Assembly (NCBI RefSeq): GCF_000315625.1
Contig: NW_005434656.1
Location: forward strand, 631,636 to 695,635
Reading direction: 5' to 3'
Source of the DNA: Guillardia theta CCMP2712
Lineage: Eukaryota; Protista; Cryptophyta
DNA length: 64,000 nt
In this document: one piece after another, positions 36,113 through 48,639 of the stretch
How positions within the stretch are numbered: position 1 is the stretch's first letter
Layout of the letters: each line of letters opens with the position of its first letter
Made by a program: the position numbers and the translations under genes
The notes under the pieces: generated by a model
What the model was told of the DNA's origin: nothing
Databases searched by the model: none
Seen by the model: the letters and a program-made list of their open reading frames with translations, nothing else

Positions 36113-38118
36113 CCTCGCAGCACTTTATGCATTCAACGACAAGCCAGGGTTGAGCTTGGCGAAGACGGGAGGAGAGTAGTGTCACGTTCTCCAAGTTATG
36201 GCGGTTTCTTGCGCTTTGGCAGTGCCTCAATGCTCATCCAATAAGGCACCTGCCATGATGTTCATCAGGTCTCACGGCCCGCCATTTCTCCCGCAGACTA
36301 ACCGCAATCCACCTTTCGTTGAGAGCTAGCAGCTTCGCAATGAGTCCAGGATGGTCAAAGTTGCGTTTTGCTGCAAGCATGAAAAATCAGTCCCCTGAAC
36401 ATAAGATCCGGTGCATATAAGAGTAACATTTCCTTGGCAAGCAATTAATCTTTGAGTAAATGTAAATCTCATGCATTACTTCTATGCGTTGGGAAACAGT
36501 GGAATTTGGAAAAGACGTTTTCCAAACAACAAAAATAAATAACCCAATATTCATACCACTATTAGCTAAGAAGTGATGAATCACAAAGAGATTGCGAGAC
36601 TAAGTCAGGGAGGGCAGAGACATACTATAAGCTCAACAAAAGTTTGTTGTGCCATAATGTGTAGAGAAAGTAACTCAACAGAATGATCACACCTGAAAAC
36701 ACGACATTTTCTACATCATCACCTATCAGGTTTAAAACACCTTTCGTGTGACTATCTATTGACCTATGACCTGCGTTCAGGTAGAAGTTCCCAATACATG
36801 ATGAGCACCAGGTAATTGTGAAGGCGTACCATAGGAAGGTTGCTCTGATAATGAAACAGCGATTTCGGGAAGCAGACAAACTTGAACTACTTCGGATGGA
36901 GCTCTGCTAGTCTTCTCCTCTTCTTTCCTCACGTCTCATCACTTCAGTTCCTCCTTCTCCTCACATCTTCTCCCCTCTTCCTGCACCGATGGCCACGTGA
37001 CGCTGCGCAACATGCCCGTCCTCCGCACGTTTCTGCGACCCATAAGGTGGTTTTGATAGTTTCGATCAATATTTTGGGGTCTCATATTTTCATTCAAAAT
37101 CACATAACACAATTTGCACAACATATATGAAATACAAGCTCTTTTATAGCCCTACCGGCAAAATTAGTTTATCTATACACTTCCGTTGTACTGCTCGTCG
37201 GTTTTTTGGTACCAAGAAATAACTCACTACCAGAAAATAATACACTTATAAAGGTACCCATGTACCACCCTGTCTTCCATGTTCGGTTCTCTTCGACACC
37301 CCTTCTTTGACCACATTTTGTACCCGTTCTTGTACCATTTCACTGTGAAGTGTCCTCTTTGCACCTACCCCCACCCTTCCTCAGATTGCGCCACTACCTG
37401 CTAGCTGTGGCGCCCAACAGGAAAAGGCATCGCAATCTATTATTTTCTTGGGTAAAAGGGTGGGGTACTTTGTTGATAAAAACTTATCTCATACCACAAG
37501 GGGTGATCATGCATGCACACACATCTACAATCAGCCTCTCATCACCCCCCCCCCCCCCCCCAGCCTCCTTTTGCCCTAAAATCTAATGAGCAATGTTGTA
37601 CGTTGAAACTTTACTTAAATATATTAATCGTAACAAGTTGTCACTGTTATATAAATATTTTATTTCTTCACAGTCCTAGGAGAATCCTTTCAGTCACTCT
37701 GCCCGGGCAGGGCGATCGGGCCCCGATGGCGTTACCGGGTACTAGGGTATCTAGGGTACTACTGTAGTACCGTACTCGCCAACGTCTCCCCCAACATCAT
37801 GTTTCCTTCAATGCCGTCCATGCGGACTGCAGGACTCTTGCCTTGATGAGAGCCTGAGGTACGGCAGGTAGGAGCCTGTGTCAAGGCTCAGTAACTTCCG
37901 CCTTCAGCTGCGGCGATTTCTCAGGCCGTCTTTTCAGCAAACCAAAGCTTGTCACAGATTGATGGTGTGGCACTTCAGGTCATGATGTGACAATCAGGCG
38001 CTGCAGACTGTCGGACGGAGTCTTGTGAGAGCGAAGCTTTCTGTGCATGAGAGGTTTCAGTAGGCGAGGGAGGTCGATTGCGACTGATCGTTCAGGCTGA
38101 ATACCGCTCTCATCAACA

Positions 38119-40707
38119 ATGGAGGAGTCAGAGGCGAGGAGGAGGCCAGCTACAGCCAACATCCTTGCCTCTGTACCTCAGCACGATCAGATAGTTGGTA
38201 GTCGTGCGCAGAAACATCCGGACTGGCGCCCTCTGCCAACAAGACCGAAGCTCAACCTGGTGAGTTTGTTCTCCGACTACGACAAGCAGCGCCATGCGAG
38301 AGACTCGCCGTCGACTCCTCGAACTGCTCGATCGTCGAGGGGAAGGCGACAACTGTACCACCCCCTTGTGACTCATCGCGAGCTAGTGCCGGTGCCCTCG
38401 CAGACCGCGTTGGAGTCTCAGGCCAAGGCCCCGGCATCTAAAGAGCGTCAAGCTTCCTTCATCCGACGAGAGCACGTGCTCCATCGCGTGCAAGTCCGAG
38501 AGTTCAGAGATCAGCTGTTCACCGACTCCACCAAGAAGTTCACTCCGCAGGATGTCGACAACCTATGCAAGCTGTTGCTGGGACGGCATGAGAGGAGTGA
38601 CGTGAACCGATCCAGCCTCAAGAGCCCGGAGGAGCGCTCCTACAGCGACTGCGAGGCGCTGTGTAACGTAGTTCGGTCATCGAAGCATCTGGTTGAGGCG
38701 TTTGACGACAAGATGCGTGCGATTCTCTTCCGATGCGCGCAGGTGATCCGCCTGCACAAAGAAGAGGCGTTGTCAAACAAGTTCCACGAGGAGGGGCTGG
38801 TCCTGATGATCCGAGGCAAGCTGATCGAACGAGACGAGAGCGACAGGCGGAGAGTGTTGAGCTCGCTCACGAAAGGCGATGTTCTCGTCTGCATGCCCGA
38901 CTCTCCCATCGCCTCCCTGCCTCTCAAAGATGCCTTCCGCAGATCTCTCCAGATGAAGGCAGCGGTCAAAGGAGGGTCGGAGGTACAGGAGACAGTAAGC
39001 CAGAACCCTCCCAGAGATGACTTGAAGCGAAGCCTTGCGAGGCTGAACTCGCACAAGCTCAATTTTACTCAGTTCTCGGAGCTCAGTGGACTCTGTTTCA
39101 CCAAAAACGCCAGCAGGTTCACGACGGTCGACGCATGCGACACAGTTGTTCTTTCCTCGCGACGAGTTCAAGACTTTGCGACAGAGTTTTCGCAGGATTT
39201 GAAGGAGAGCATCTGGGTATGCGACCTCGACGCCTGGAAGGGGCAGAGCGGGGACTGGAAGCGGATGGTGCTGGAGATACGACAAGGTCGCCTGCACTTA
39301 CGACTACCTGGCACGTCAAATGACGAGAGGTACAACCTAGCCGAGTCTGAGATCCTCCGAGGTCTCCCTGTGCTCAAGTACTTGGAGTCGGAGATCGAGC
39401 TGGATCAGGAGGCCACCTTCGGGCTGCGACTGCTGCAGGTGCATCTTGACAACTCCTTGACGTGTCGACGATTTTTGTTTGCTTCTGCAGCCAAAGACGA
39501 GAAAGAAAGAATCGTCGATGTCATCAAGTACTACATGAGCGTGCAGGGCTACATCAAGAAGGCTGACCTCGAGAGGTTGGAAACGTCGGGAGGCAGCATC
39601 TGTAAAGCCCGACGGCAAGACGAGTCCGAGTACCGCAACTCTTGTTTCCAGCGTCTGTTGCAAGCTCACGACAGCCTCATGTCAAATCGAGTCGCCGAGT
39701 TGGCCTCCTTCCTCTGCTCTCTCAAGATATTCTGCACGTGGGCCTGGAAGGACGTGTTTGCGATGGCTCAATCTGCCAAAGCCTTGTCGGTACCGAAAGG
39801 AAGCTTTGTGTTTCAACAGAACGATCACGTGAAGGGGCTTTATTTCCTCCGCCTCGGTCTAGTCAGCATCGTGCAATACAAGACTTTGAAAGAAACATCT
39901 TTGCGCTTTCCTGGAAGAGACGACTTGTTCATGGAAGAAGCGCTTGAGTTCCAAGTGCGGGGAGTTCAGAAGAAGATACTGTTGGGAAGGAGCGGGGATG
40001 AGTCGGTCTTTGGCGAGGAGCTGGTGAACGGGAAGCACAGCAAGCATAGCTTTAGCTTAGAGGTTGACAATTACGCAGTTCTCATCTGCATACCTTGGGA
40101 GGTACGGACTCTGCTGACTGTCTTCAGAGACATCCACTCACAACTTGTGCAGGCGATACTGAAAGTGCTGGAAGAGAAGAAGAAATTGTTTCAAGCATTT
40201 ACAGAGACGCTCCTCAAGAACCTCTCAAAGAGGTCGATCTCTCCATGCAGCACGTAGGAGGTGACGACTTGTAGGAGCGCGTGGATCGAGCTGAGGATGA
40301 GCATGGTGCAAATCGATCGCTTCCATGTCGAGATAGGAAAGTTCCGTCACCTCGACAACGCGGCATTTGAGGATGCTGGTGAAGAACGCCTCTCCTCTGC
40401 TCTCCGTGCTGATCGTCATGGTAGCTGCAAGGCTGCAGGAGCTCATGAACGTTTACCACGAGGTCATCGGGATCCCAAACCTGAAAGAAAGTTGCCATGT
40501 TGCTGTTGCAAGCTCGTGATCACTCACTGATTGCATAGAGCGACCGACACAACATTTCGATGTTCGCAAGGCAGAAACCTGCCTCCGCAAGGTGAATCAT
40601 CAACCTCCCGACAGCTCTCCCAGAGGCTGACTCGAGCGTGTAGATCAACATCGCAATCTCCTCCATCATCAAGTCGTGCAGGACACCCGAGCAGCAGAAC
40701 GAAGTGA
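38119..40707 (+). CDS. Cyclic-nucleotide-binding domain protein with central PH-like segment
   Basis: 712-aa ORF; CNBD FLCSLKIF...KGSFVFQQNDHVKGLYFLRLGLV...FGEE; earlier degenerate CNBD; WKRMVLEIRQGRL...FLFASAAKDEKERIV PH-like. 3' end approximate. Confidence 0.7.
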
Positions 40708-40961
40708 GGAGAATTTACAGCAGCATGGCTGAAGAGGTGGAACGTCGCGCGCTCCTGTCTCGTCAGGCTGACGTTTCCTTGCAGTTGAAGGGAGTTGTGA
40801 CGGGGATCAGGAGAGAGTTCCTTCAAGAGGTTGGGGAGAAACTCGGAATGCAACTTTGAAAGTTTTACGTCATCTCACACCAGCGAGTACTGCTCCTCCA
40901 TCCACTTCTCATCCCCTGCCTCCTCCCTTGTCACCCCCCCCCCCCACCACCACCTCGTCCT

Positions 40962-41002
<41 letters not shown>

Positions 41003-41026
41003 AGTCCCTTTATTCTCCTTCCCCTT

Positions 41027-42288
41027 CTACTTGTAACGCGCGATGTCCGAGGGGCTCATGACGGCAGGGCTCACTTCACTTATCGCTGCCTGTGTCAAGG
41101 TTCAGCACAACGCGAGCTGCAGGGGGCGCAAACCTCCGCTGCTGCTCTGCCCACCGCCTCTACAGGGGACCATGGTACAAACGCTGACCCGATGACCTGC
41201 CGGCGCGTCAGCTAACCGCCCAGCGCCTTCACATCCCCTTCGTACCGGCAGCCCAGAGAATTTGTGGAGGGGAGTCTGGCTCATGAGCGGTTCTTGTAGC
41301 GGACCGAACGCCCGGACGGTTGCGATGAGGGGGTGGGCGCCGGGTTGATTTCCTAAGAGGGTGTGAGATCATAGGAAAGAAGTCAAGAAGTTAGAGACGA
41401 GGATGAGATATGAGAGGAACAGGAGATAGAAGCACATGACATCAATATGACAGTTGGCAGATGTAAGGTGAAAGGTAGGATGGCATAACAACTTCGGTCC
41501 TACCGTAGATGACCGAAGGCTTGAGGATAGTGAAGCTTGAGGGAAATCTTTCCTTGACGAGCTTCTCAACCGATTCCTTCCCCTCGATGTATCCTCTATC
41601 ATGACAAGATATCAACATCTCTCTCCATCTCTCTCTCTCTCCCTTCCTCCCTCCCTCCCTCCCTCCCTCCCTCCCTCCCTCCCTCCCTCTCTTAGCCGTT
41701 GACGCCAATGGTTCACCTTAGCGGGATTGAGGCAGGAAATGGAGGGAACGTAGCAGAAACGAAGACCATGCGATGGACTCCGGCAGCAGCAGCTTCCTGA
41801 AGGGAGCAAGTCAGCGGGACCAGTCGGGTCACATGAGGAGGGGAGTCGACTACCTCCACCGCCACGATGTTCGCCTCGCCATTGATCCTCTTCATGGCCT
41901 CGTACGACCCGAACCCCCCGATGGCTGCGACCACTCCCTGGGCGCCGACGAGCATGCTCCGCCAGGTTTCAGGGGAGAACACGTCCGCTATGGTTGCGAT
42001 GAGGACGCAGCAAAGAGCAGTTGGCTCGCACCCGCTAGGTACTTGACGTTCTTCATCCAATCTAGAGACTGTCTCGGTGTCCCAGAGCGGTTAATCGACA
42101 GCACTTTTTCCCCTTGAGGGAGAGGGCTTTGCAGACTTCACTCCCAACGAACCCGTTTCCACCAAACACAACGACCTGCTCATGTTGTCAGCTCTGAGTT
42201 CTCCTCCCTGCACAGTCATCACGTCGAATCTGTCTTCTGCAGATGTTGAGAAGAGACGGGGAAGCCCAAGGACTCTTCCCTTCAGCAT
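41027..42288 (-). CDS. Atypical SDR / NAD(P)-binding protein (COQ11/NDUFA9-like) with mitochondrial-type presequence
   Basis: MLKGRVLGLPRLFSTS leader; VFGGNGFVGSEVC glycine motif; INGEANI, RMVFVSA, GYIEGK (YxxxK), TILKPSVIYG. Confidence 0.8.
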
Positions 42289-42844
42289 TGAGCTTCCACC
42301 CCTTACAAGACTTCCCTGCGATCGTTTTCGTTGCGGTCAGTAACCCTCACTCTTCATAGGACATGAGAACATGCTGACTTATCGTATTATACAAGAGCAT
42401 GCTGTTGCACTCAATTGAACATGAACAGGTCGGATCCGTCAAACAATTTGGAAGACAAAGTCATGTCTTCGATGATTCATCACTCTGTGCTCACAATCTC
42501 AACCATATCGTCGTCTTCACCATCATTCTAGTCATCACAGTCATCATGGTCATATCGTGCATTGCCATCTTGTCTAGTTCATCTTCATCATCATACCGCC
42601 CAGATCCGCCGCGCGTTGATAGCCATGGGCATCCTTTTATGTGTGGTAGCCCGTTACGTATGGAAGATGCAATCATCGAACGCTTTTGTAACGGTTAAAT
42701 TCAGTCTTGCCGGGCGACCGTCTCTCGGGGGCCTGCCATCATAGTCCTCAGCGTATTTTAACTTAACTTCCAGGCTTTCAGTCACAAGTTTGAGTCAAGG
42801 GGGAAGGCTCTAAACGGTACTAAGGGCCGAGTTTAACGGCTGAC

Positions 42845-43307
42845 AGCGTATCGCGAATCCATGAGCGAACGAACGCTTTTTGACATACATAGATTTAACT
42901 TTTTTGCCAAAAATATCCCTTTCCCTGTCAAACAAGCATTGCTTCGATATATATCAACCTGACACGAACAATTCCATTTTGGAAACATTTTCCTTCAACA
43001 ACGTTTCAAACCATTTCGTCATCCTGTTTTGACCTATATTTTTGTGGTACAAATTCAAATACATTAAAAAGCAGTTTTAATCTCATGGATACGGAGAATC
43101 GCGAACGTCGTTCGCGATTCTCTTTATTACAACACAGCTTTACCACACGATGATCACGGCCTGCTTACATTTAATAAATGACATTGTAAATATATAAATC
43201 CACTTATTTCAAATTTACACATCGTTTGGAAATTGTATAATAGTTATAAACGTTTTACAATATTTCTAAAACGTTTCGTTGCGTTCGCAATATTTTCGCG
43301 ATACGCT
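42845..43307. mobile_element. Putative MITE-like non-autonomous element (~460 bp)
   Basis: Perfect 13-bp terminal inverted repeats AGCGTATCGCGAA (42845-42857) / TTCGCGATACGCT (43295-43307); AT-rich non-coding interior; central 29-bp palindrome; no clear TSD. Confidence 0.5.
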
Positions 43308-44376
43308 AACGGACGTTAGTCTCGGCCCTAAGGTTACGGTGCCTCCGGCAGCCAGGGCAACCAAATAGCCTGATTTTTAACTTAACGGAAGTTTGAGTAA
43401 AAGTACTGTAGCGGCCTGCCCTGCCAGGCTGTGCGCGGGCCGGGGCGGCCCGCGGCGCCCCGGCGGCGGCCGCAGTCGCCGGACCGGCCACCGCGGCGTA
43501 AAAGTTGACTGACTCGGAGGAACTAACAATTGTTAACTGAATTAAATTATGGTGTGCCGGCATCAGAGTCGACGGCCGTTTGACGGTCCGACCGTCACGG
43601 CGGGGTGACCGGCGGGGGACTCCGGCGTGACGGTTACGCGCAATTGGCCGGCGGAAAAGTTGAAAATTAAATTGCTTTTCTTTTTCAGTCAATGAATGGG
43701 CCTTGAAGGGCCTCAAGGTAAGCTCCTCTCAGTCTCAGCATAGTATCATGAAACTTACGTCTCTTCAGTGTGCAATGCGTTCAAGTCTTTTCAAGTCATC
43801 ATCGGCCACGTTACGGTTTGTGGCAGTGACATGCGGCTAGTCACGCCAAACGGGGAATCCGATATATCCGATCTCCAGGGGACGAACCTTTACTCAAAGT
43901 TGAGTTAAAAAACCGTGAACATAGCCTCAGTCGAATCGATGTGACAGTGCACCATCCGATGATCAGCTTTTGTTGTGCAGTGAGAGTCTTGAAAGTTCTC
44001 AGTGTCTCCAGGGTCTATTCAAGCTCACAGTTTGTAAAGTTCCGCGTGCCTTTCATCATCAACTTCGGCGTCAACCTCAGGAGTGTGTGCTGCGCGGAAG
44101 CTTTGAAGCACAATCATGTGAACTCATCATGCTGGACTCCTCAGACTGGCGGCTCGACTGTCCTTGTTGGAAGAACTGAGAGGGAGAGCGTTGTGAGGAA
44201 AGGAAGAGATGACGAACTTAAACTTTTATTAAAACAAAATATCAAGATGCGATACACTTGACAGGCTCTAGTTCGAACAGAACGCTGTCAGTGGTGACAG
44301 GTGGTCGTTCACAAAGGCTGACTGTTTTACGGGTAACTGTAGACCTGTCAGACTTGTCTGGCTTCATTGTATCGTC

Positions 44377-44817
44377 CTAGTCGTCCTCTGAGCTCATGTA
44401 CCACTCGATCCATTCTACCTCCAATGGAATCTGATCCTCCTCCCACATCCAACATTCATCCTCCGGCACTCCTTCATATGCGCCTTGAGTCCCGCACAAG
44501 CTCTCACAGTCGCCTTCTGGCTCATCTTCAACGGCCTTTGTCAGGATCGCCGAGTACGCTGGAGGCAGGGAGGACGGTGATGGTGGGCCAGATGGGGAAA
44601 CTCGAGTCCTCGAGTACGGCCATTTCATGACTCCGGCTCGTCTGCACACGCGCTTCATGGCGGTGAGGGAGATGCCCAAGATCTTAGCGGCCTCGCTCTC
44701 CTTGTAGCAGAAGAGAGCTTGCAGCCTCGACAACTCTAAGCGAATGCAGTTCTTGCGGATGGCTCTCGGTTTCCTTACGAGACTCTTGTCCGCTGTATCA
44801 GCATTGTGATGGAGCAT
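44377..44817 (-). CDS. Small RWP-RK domain transcription factor (intronless)
   Basis: LELSRLQALFCYKESEAAKILGISLTAMKRVCRRAGVMKWPYSR; acidic tail ending LEVEWIEWYMSSEDD. Start taken as ATG 44817. Confidence 0.9.
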   Translation of the reverse strand: MLHHNADTADKSLVRKPRAIRKNCIRLELSRLQALFCYKESEAAKILGISLTAMKRVCRRAGVMKWPYSRTRVSPSGPPSPSSLPPAYSAILTKAVEDEPEGDCESLCGTQGAYEGVPEDECWMWEEDQIPLEVEWIEWYMSSEDD

Positions 44818-45289
44818 GCTTTGAAGCAAGTGAGACAGCAGGTGAGGACGAGAATGCGAGGATCGACCAGACCGCCGCAAAGGACCGTCTTCTAAGGTTG
44901 TGGACGAGGACGAGGATCCGAGTGAGCAGGGGAATGAAGAGAAACCTTGAAGGTCGCTGGGGCAAATCGGGAGGTTGGGGCAGGAGCCCAAGTTTTCCTC
45001 TTCGAGGCCCTGTAGTAAAGTATCCGGTCCTACCGATCTCCCAGGCTCACCGATACAATCTCGGGTCATAGGCCACCTAGGACCCTCTCCCTAGCGGAAG
45101 GTTCCGAGACTCCGAAGAACAATTCGCCGCCGCAACGGTCGCAACGACCGATGTAACGATATTCAATCACAGATCCTGACCCGCCTCAGGCTGCGGAGAG
45201 GAATGGGATTGGAATGGAATCGGATGAGCGGGGGAGGGAGGAGGGAGGAGGGAGGAGGGAGGGCAGCAGAAGGGAAGAGAGGAGGAAGG

Positions 45290-48200
45290 ATGGAAGGGTT
45301 CTCAAAGAAGGCGGAGGAGAAGACTCAAGGATCAGTAGCCTTTCAAGTCTGTCGTGAAGGGGCAGAGAAGGTTGGTTCGAGCTGATGGTAAAACCGTCGA
45401 TTGGAGGAAAGGACAAGGGGAAGGAGAGAAGGAGAACGGGAAGGGGTGCACGCAATGGTGACATGCTGACGCTGATTTGTCTTCAGGCTTTGGGATGACC
45501 ATCCGCTGAAACAAGAACAGGCTGGGAGGAAGAAACTAAGTCTTGAGATTCACCGTCATCATGAGTGTATCTTCCGTTCGCATTCACCCGAATCAAGGAG
45601 AGACGGTCTTGTTCATGTTGAATGGCTTCATTACTGCCCAGGGGAGAGAGCTGAGAGCTGGTGATGCTGTCGTTGTGGTGAGGACGATCGACCTTCTCTT
45701 TGTTACATTGACTTGAGGAAAGATCCGGACCGGGGAAAGAGGATGGATGCTGGTGAGGGACAGTAAGGGACAGAAGTCCTGGGTCCCACAGTCCTACGTA
45801 CAGCCCGTCTTCCATGAACGGCAGGATGACCTGGATGTGTTGAACAGCCTGCAGGTGGAGAGTGAGGTTGAGATTGAGGAGCATGGGGAGGGTGGAGAGC
45901 AGCATGGCTACAGCAATTCTGTTGTAGATAGAGGAGCTCTGGTGCATAATGGGGGAAAGACGCAAATCTCGCAGAGGGAGGGGGGGAGGAGAAGGGAGGG
46001 GGAGAGGGAAGGCGAGAGGAAGGGAATGAGGAAGGAGGAGGACGAGCAAGCGCTGCAGAGGAGTTGGGATGTGGTCGCAGGAAGCGTCGCATACGTCGAG
46101 GACATCATGCAGCAAGTTGAGATGTCTCTACTCCGCATGCAGAAGATGCACGAGGAGGAGCTGAACGCCCTGCTGAACCGGTTTGAAGGGAAGATCGCGT
46201 CCTTGGAGGACGTGGCGGACACGAGGCTGGTGGTGGAGGTGGAGGCGGAGCTTAGGAGGGAGAGGGAGATGCATCGCAAGGAGTTGGAGCAGGTGTACTT
46301 GGAGGTGTCGAACCTGAAGGAGGAACGCTCGAGGCTCCTCAGAAGAATAGAAGGGATGGAGAGCGAGAAGCTGCGAAGCGGTGCTGCCCCCTGCCCCCCT
46401 CTTTTCCCCTTTGCCCCTGGTGCCCCTGTAGCTGAAGTGCTTGCGCAGAGCTGGGCCATGGCAGGTCGCAGGACTCTCTGTCGTCTGCTTCACGGTTCCA
46501 TACGAGCTCCTCCCACCTGCCTCCTGGGCGTGAGGTAAAGAAAATCTGCCGTGCATGCGCGTCCTCGAGGAGATGGCGGGATGATGCGGGGACGCGGGTT
46601 GCGGTGGTGCTTTGACTCGTGCTCCCTCCAGCCTTCGGAGCGCATCCAGACCTTGGAGAAGAGCATCTCGGAGATGATGAGGAGCCTGGAGGAGAAGGAC
46701 CAGGAGATCCGCTTGCTGTCCCGCGGTGACAGTCATGAGCGTCAGAGGGCGAAGATGTCGGAGGTGAAAGAGTTGAGGGGGAAAGGGAAGCGGGTGGGGG
46801 AAGGGAAGAGGGGGAAGAGGGGGAAGAGGGGCTCATGACAAGATGCAGGCTGGTGAAGAAGAGAAGATTTTGCTGGATTTTGAGCAGATGAAGAAGAGCA
46901 ACGCGGATCTCAACATGCTCGTCCAGGGTTACAAGGAGAAAGTGAAGAAGATGGAGAAGATGCTCGAGGACGAAAGGAGCAAGTGAGTAGCAGAGGGGCA
47001 AGATGAGGAGTGAGAGTGTAGAGGGGGATAGAGGAAGGGGAAGAGGAGTAGAATTGCGCTGGGGAGGGGTGAAGAAGGAGAGGAAAAACGATGATGATGA
47101 TGACGACGACGATGATGATAATGATGATGGTGATGGTGGTGATGATGAAAACAAAGGCGACAGCAACGAAGACGATGACATCGATAACGATGACGATGAC
47201 CTTCTTTCGTGATGTTTTTCTCCTACAGATCTCAGGTTGATTCTTCCTCCAACTTTGGCCTTCGCTCCGTCCTGGAACTTGAAGTTGAAAACACGGCGTT
47301 GAAGCAGGTCACCCTCGCTCCCTATTCTTCTCCTCTCCTTCTCTTCTACTCCTCCGTCTCCTGTACATTCATTTCATTCCTCCTCTTCCAACTTCAAAGG
47401 CCCTGTTCCTTGTGTTGCCGGTCTTCCTCCTTCCTATCCTTCTTCTTGCCTTTTCTCTGCCCCCTGCCTCCACCCTGTCCTCCGTCACCCTTTCCTCTAC
47501 TGTCATGATCGATTCTCTCGCTTGTTCAACTCTCCTTACTATTGTCTTCCTCGTCTGCCTCCTCCCACCCCCTCCCTCCTGACATGCCTTCAGCTCCTGC
47601 GAGAGAACGAGGAGCACCGATCGAAGGGAGACGAGGAGGAGGTCAAGAAGCTGCGAGAGGCAAACTTGTCGCTGCAGGAGACTCTTGCGAACCTGCAGGA
47701 GGAGTTCATGAGTCTCCGCACGCAGCATGACGCTCTCCTCGCTGCTCCCGTCGGCTCCGCTTCTGCTCAGGGCCAGGCCAGACCGCAAGATCTCATCGGC
47801 ATTGCGAGATGGAGTAGCGGAGGAGCTGAAGAGAGGTTGAAGGTGAGAGGAGCGGGGGAGAAGAGGAAAGATTGCTCGAGGGGATGAAGGGGAGGGATAG
47901 AGAAGGAGAGGTCGGTGGATGGAGGGTAAAGAGGACGAGGAGATGAAGGGAGGGGCGAGCGAGAGTTGCTGAACTACTTGCAGGATGTGAGAGAAAGCGA
48001 CAAGCTCCCCAGGTCTCCAGCGGTAAGTGGAAGAAGAGGAGAGTCGCGAAGGGGGGGGCGTAGAGAGGATGGAGAGACAAGGAGGAGGTGGTGGGGAAGG
48101 GGCGTTGTGATGATGTGGAAGCAGATTGGTGGTGCTCTATCGTCATCGTCGTCGACCATCACGTCGTCAAAGAGGAACTTGGTCGGGCTGATCGTGTGAG
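45290..48200 (+). CDS. Hypothetical SH3-like plus long coiled-coil protein, multi-exon
   Basis: RELRAGDAVVV|IRTGERGWMLVRDSKGQKSWVPQSYV resembles SH3; E/K/R-rich heptad exons follow. Ends uncertain. Confidence 0.55.
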
Positions 48201-48639
48201 TTTGTCAAACGGATGAGAAGGGAGAGGGAATGGGAGAAGAGAAGCAGAGTGAAGGAGGAGGAGGAGAAGGTGAAGAGGTGAAGAAAAAGTGGAAGAGGAA
48301 GAAGGAAAGAAAATGTTGCTGTTGTCCATGTCATGTGATAAAAGGATGTATGCGTGAAACTCTTCCCGTGAAATCAAAGGTGGGAACAAGTAAAGAGGAC
48401 TGGGGAAAACATTCAGGGGCGACAGCGATGGGTCCACTTTCAGTCGCTGATTGATTTGATGACCTGAAGGAGCCGTCAAGGAGGGGTAGAAAGCAGAGAG
48501 AGGGAGAGGAGTAGGAGTAGGAGAAGGAGAGGAGAGGAGTAGGAAAGGACATATGAGTGGATCACCTTGAGAAGCGATCGGAAATTTTCCTTGTTATGCT
48601 CCTCTTTGGCTTCAAACTGCCTGGGGAAATTTCACGTCA

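Noticed and set aside
36330-37140. Possible snoRNA or small gene upstream of PRL
   Set aside because: No convincing box C/D pair or recognisable protein motif; ORFs are short and uninformative.
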